Source: Selaginella moellendorffii (Eukaryota; Plantae; Lycopodiophyta). From it: a stretch of 52,793 nt of DNA. The position numbers and the translations under genes are program-made. Location of the stretch: assembly GCF_000143415.4 (NCBI RefSeq), contig NW_003314444.1:1-52793 (forward strand). Reading direction: 5' to 3'. The notes under the pieces are model-generated. The model had not been told where the DNA came from. It made no database searches and was given only the letters and a program-made list of their open reading frames with translations. This document shows positions 49,491-52,793 of this stretch, one piece after another. Every line of letters starts with the position of its first letter. Positions within the stretch are counted from its first letter, which is position 1.

Positions 49491-49974
49491 TTAACCCTAT
49501 TATGGATTACTATTTTATCTTTGGCACCAAGCCACTATTTATCAATGGTTTAACATTGAAGGCTCATCATGGCTTACACATCCTTCAAGAAGCATAGACC
49601 TTCCTATTCATAGACTCCACTCCCTCTCTTTTCTGATTTAGTTCATATTAAATCCACTAGAGATATTTTCTCTATCTCAACCTTACTACTCACTCTAGAG
49701 TAGTCTCAAACCACATTAACATAGGATTGCCTCTTGGCTCTTTAATATTTAACTTCTCATGTCAATTTTCTTTATATACCTTACACCTTCCCATACACAC
49801 TATTATTGTGTGCTTTTTTCTTCCCCATCCCATGGAGTTCCTTATTAAAGGACACCATCATCCTCTTTATTCCATGCTAATTTAGTGTTAGATACTAGCT
49901 TTGACCACATAGTCAACTTAGTCAAAGGGAAGCTTAAGGGTATATTAAGGCATGTTAGGATAAGGAACTTAATT

Positions 49975-52793
49975 TACCCTAGGGCTCACAGTGGAGTGGT
50001 GGTATAGTGGAACTTCTGAGATAGCTTGGGGGTGGTTGGGTGGTGAAGAACCTCAAGAGGAGGCATAGTATAGTTTAAGGAGATTAAATATTTATCTTTT
50101 TGCATTGGATCATAATATTGGTATTAGAGAAGCTGGTTGCAATGGCTGACCAAGATGAACGCTAGAATCTTATTGTTGATGGTGGTGCCAATGATAGTGC
50201 TGATGGAGCTGTAGAGGTTTGGACCATTGAAGATATTGTTTATGAGCTATGAGCCCTTAAACAAAATCAAAAAGAGATGCAAGATGAGATGCATGGCATG
50301 CTAGATACCATGTGCGGGTGTGTTGAAGCACTTGAGGCTGGATATGATGGCGCTCTAAGTAAGACTTCCCTGGTGGATTGACTCAAGATTCCAACCTTTT
50401 ATGGTGATGGTGGTGTGGACAAGTGTTTAGTTTGGCTAGCCAATGTGAAGAAGTTTTTAGTTACTAGAGGAATTCCAAATGTAGAGGCTTTAGTGGCTAT
50501 TCTAATAGTTTTGCATGATGCAGGTCTTCAGTGGTGGAATTGGCTTGAGGAGTCTCGTAATGCAGATAAGAAACCATCAATATCTATCATAGATGAGTTT
50601 AAGGTTGTTTTCTATTTATGGTTTGTCCCTCACTATGACGTGGAGAAAGCTTGCACATAACTTTGACATTTCCAATAAAAGAGAAAATGACACTTGGGAA
50701 ATATATTGAGAAGCTCACTTACTTGATTAGCTATATTCTAATGAAGGATCAAAATCAGAACAAGCCCTACTTCATTGATGGCCTTGATAGTGAGAGTATG
50801 CAACAACACTTGAATCATTCTCAACATATAAAGAGTTTGGAGGAGCTCTTTGATGTGGCTTGTTAACTTGACAATGACAAACACAAGTCTCATAGGCTCT
50901 TTTTATCAAAAATTGTTATGATGATCACCGTGGACACAAGGATGGGAACAAGCATCATAAGTTAAAGTTTGTGGTGGCTACTTTGGATGCAAAGTGGTCA
51001 AAGAAGAAAAATTTCTTTATGAAGAATTATAAATAAGGTTGTCATCATTGTGGTGAGCTTGGACACTACAAGGTTGATTGTCCACAATTGAAGAAAAGGT
51101 AACAAGGCAAAAAGAATGGTCAATCTTCTATTAAGATACTAAAAAGTTGCAAATTGAAAATGACAGAGATGACCATTCCAGTTGGAGAAAGAGGTTTTTG
51201 ATTGTTGCTCATCAACTCAACAGTGTGTGGAACAAAATAGAGTTCAAGGGCACTCATGCATTAGCTTTATTGCTGGAGAGCATGTTTTGTAGTGGTCCAA
51301 TGCAGATTTTATTGGATAGTGGGAGTGATGACAACTTTGTTTTAGCAAAGTTTGTTGAGGAGCATGACCTAGTGATACGAAGAGTTCTTCCATGCATGAT
51401 GGAAGGTGCAATTACCTTTGTGTAGCATTTTGATGCTTGTGTAGAGGGGCTAAAAGTGTTGGTTGGCAAAACCACACTTACAGAGACTGTGGATCTCATT
51501 CTTGGGATGCTATGGTTGGTGAATGTGAATTTGGAGATAATGTGGAGTATTAAATGTGTCTCACTGGAGTTTGGTGGCATTAAAGATGTGTGGTTTAGAG
51601 AGGGAGTTCAGCCTCCAGTTGTTATACTCTCCACTACACCTTTGAAGTAAGCTTGTCATACTGGAAAAACACTTTTGAGTTGCTTGCTATTTGTTCTTGA
51701 CTTGGGAGACCAAAGCACATGTGGGGGAGAGGCAGTAGTACGGGTTGTACTCAAAGAGTTTCCCAATGTTTTTCCATTTAAACTTTTTTATAGGTTGAGA
51801 AGTTTAACAACAAGTTAAGGAGTTACTTGAGTTGGTATTTAAATAGCCAAGTAAGTCTCCATTTGATGCCCCAGTCTTGCTCGTGAAGAAGGATGGTTCA
51901 ATGCAAATGTTTATTGACTATTGTGTCTTGAACAAAAAAACAATGAAGGATAAGATGCCGATGCCACATGTGGATGATATTTTGAACAAGATTGGTGAAG
52001 CATTAGTGTTTACCAAGATTGATCTAAGGAGTGGATATCATTAGATTGTAGTGAATGATACATCTCCAAGACTACATTTAATATGAGTTTTGAGCATTTT
52101 GAGTTTATACTTATGTCGTTTGGTTTGATAAATGCACCAGCTCCTTAGTCCGACTTTTATTGGTGCTCAAGTATATCACCACTAGTGTTGGCATCGGAAG
52201 GTCCGAGGAGTGGGCCTATCCTTGAGGAGTAGCAAGTCGGGAAGACATGGCTCTCCATTACAGTTCATGTGTGAACTTGTAGACGAGGTGGTGGATAGAA
52301 AAGGGCCAATAATGGAACGACTTTGGGATCTTGGGAACAGTGCAAGGTTTTCCTCATTGAGTTGAGGATGTGATCCGGATGAGCATTTGTCTCAGCAAAT
52401 TGGCTAAGGTTGTTGTGGTAAACAACTAAAGTTGGGATCACGGGAAAGATAGAGACTCCAAAACAATAAAGGAGTCACAAGATTATCCTCATATAGTTGA
52501 GGTTGGTGCTCATGAATGTGAGACCAAAGGTAATGACCGTGGAAGGTCAAATACGGAAGAGGACTCAAGTCCTTGAAATGGTAGCCGGGGCTACCTTTAA
52601 TAAATGCTGGAACAACCCAAGGAGTTGGGGGGTGTACTTAGAGATGAGTGGTATTCTCATCGCATGGACAAGTAGTCCTAAGGGGCAAAAGTTGCCCCCA
52701 GAGAACGAAATCAAGTGTCGGAGTAACACTTGTGAAAATAGTCCTTTTGAGTAGGACAGGAATGCAAGAAGGTATTCCAGTGACCTAGTCCTC
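49975..52793 (+). mobile_element. Ty3/gypsy retrotransposon type C, decayed: LTR end, PBS (50119-50129), gag-protease-RT pseudo-ORF (50142-52145), then 3' internal region to the window end
   Basis: Zinc knuckle CHHCGELGHYKVDC (~51040-51080), protease ILLDSGSDDNFV (~51306-51340), RT PSKSPFDAPVLLVKKDGSMQMFIDYCVLNK...FTKIDLRSGYH...FEFILMSFGLINAPA. PR-RT order is gypsy. Many stops. RT is truncated before the YxDD motif. Confidence 0.93.

Overview
This is eukaryotic plant genomic DNA with very short (~45-80 nt) introns. It carries cilium genes plus GEX2- and ALDH21-type genes, which points to a flagellated-sperm land plant, most likely Selaginella (inference). The left 13.5 kb is gene-dense: ARL3 (-, runs off the window, with a 1-nt frameshift), LRRCC1/VFL1 (+), IFT52 (+), and a large secreted GEX2-like protein (-) built from about 11 filamin/Ig-type repeats, one per exon. 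From ~15.5 to 43 kb is a transposon island. It contains Helitron termini, two very AT-rich decayed Helitron Rep-like copies, ALDH21 and Tic32-like SDR pseudogene fragments (the SDR 3' end in four tandem copies), and nested remnants of three LTR types. After the island comes a small spliced gene resembling PIERCE1/FAP182 (a ciliary microtubule inner protein), more Helitron ends, an internally inverted CFIm25 pseudogene, and a decayed Ty3/gypsy gag-pol. The main candidate system is that every recognisable host gene outside the TE-associated pseudogenes is a cilium/basal-body or sperm-adhesion gene, suggesting a male-gamete gene cluster. All homology calls are from recalled motifs, not database searches. 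Exon and TE boundaries were read by eye.
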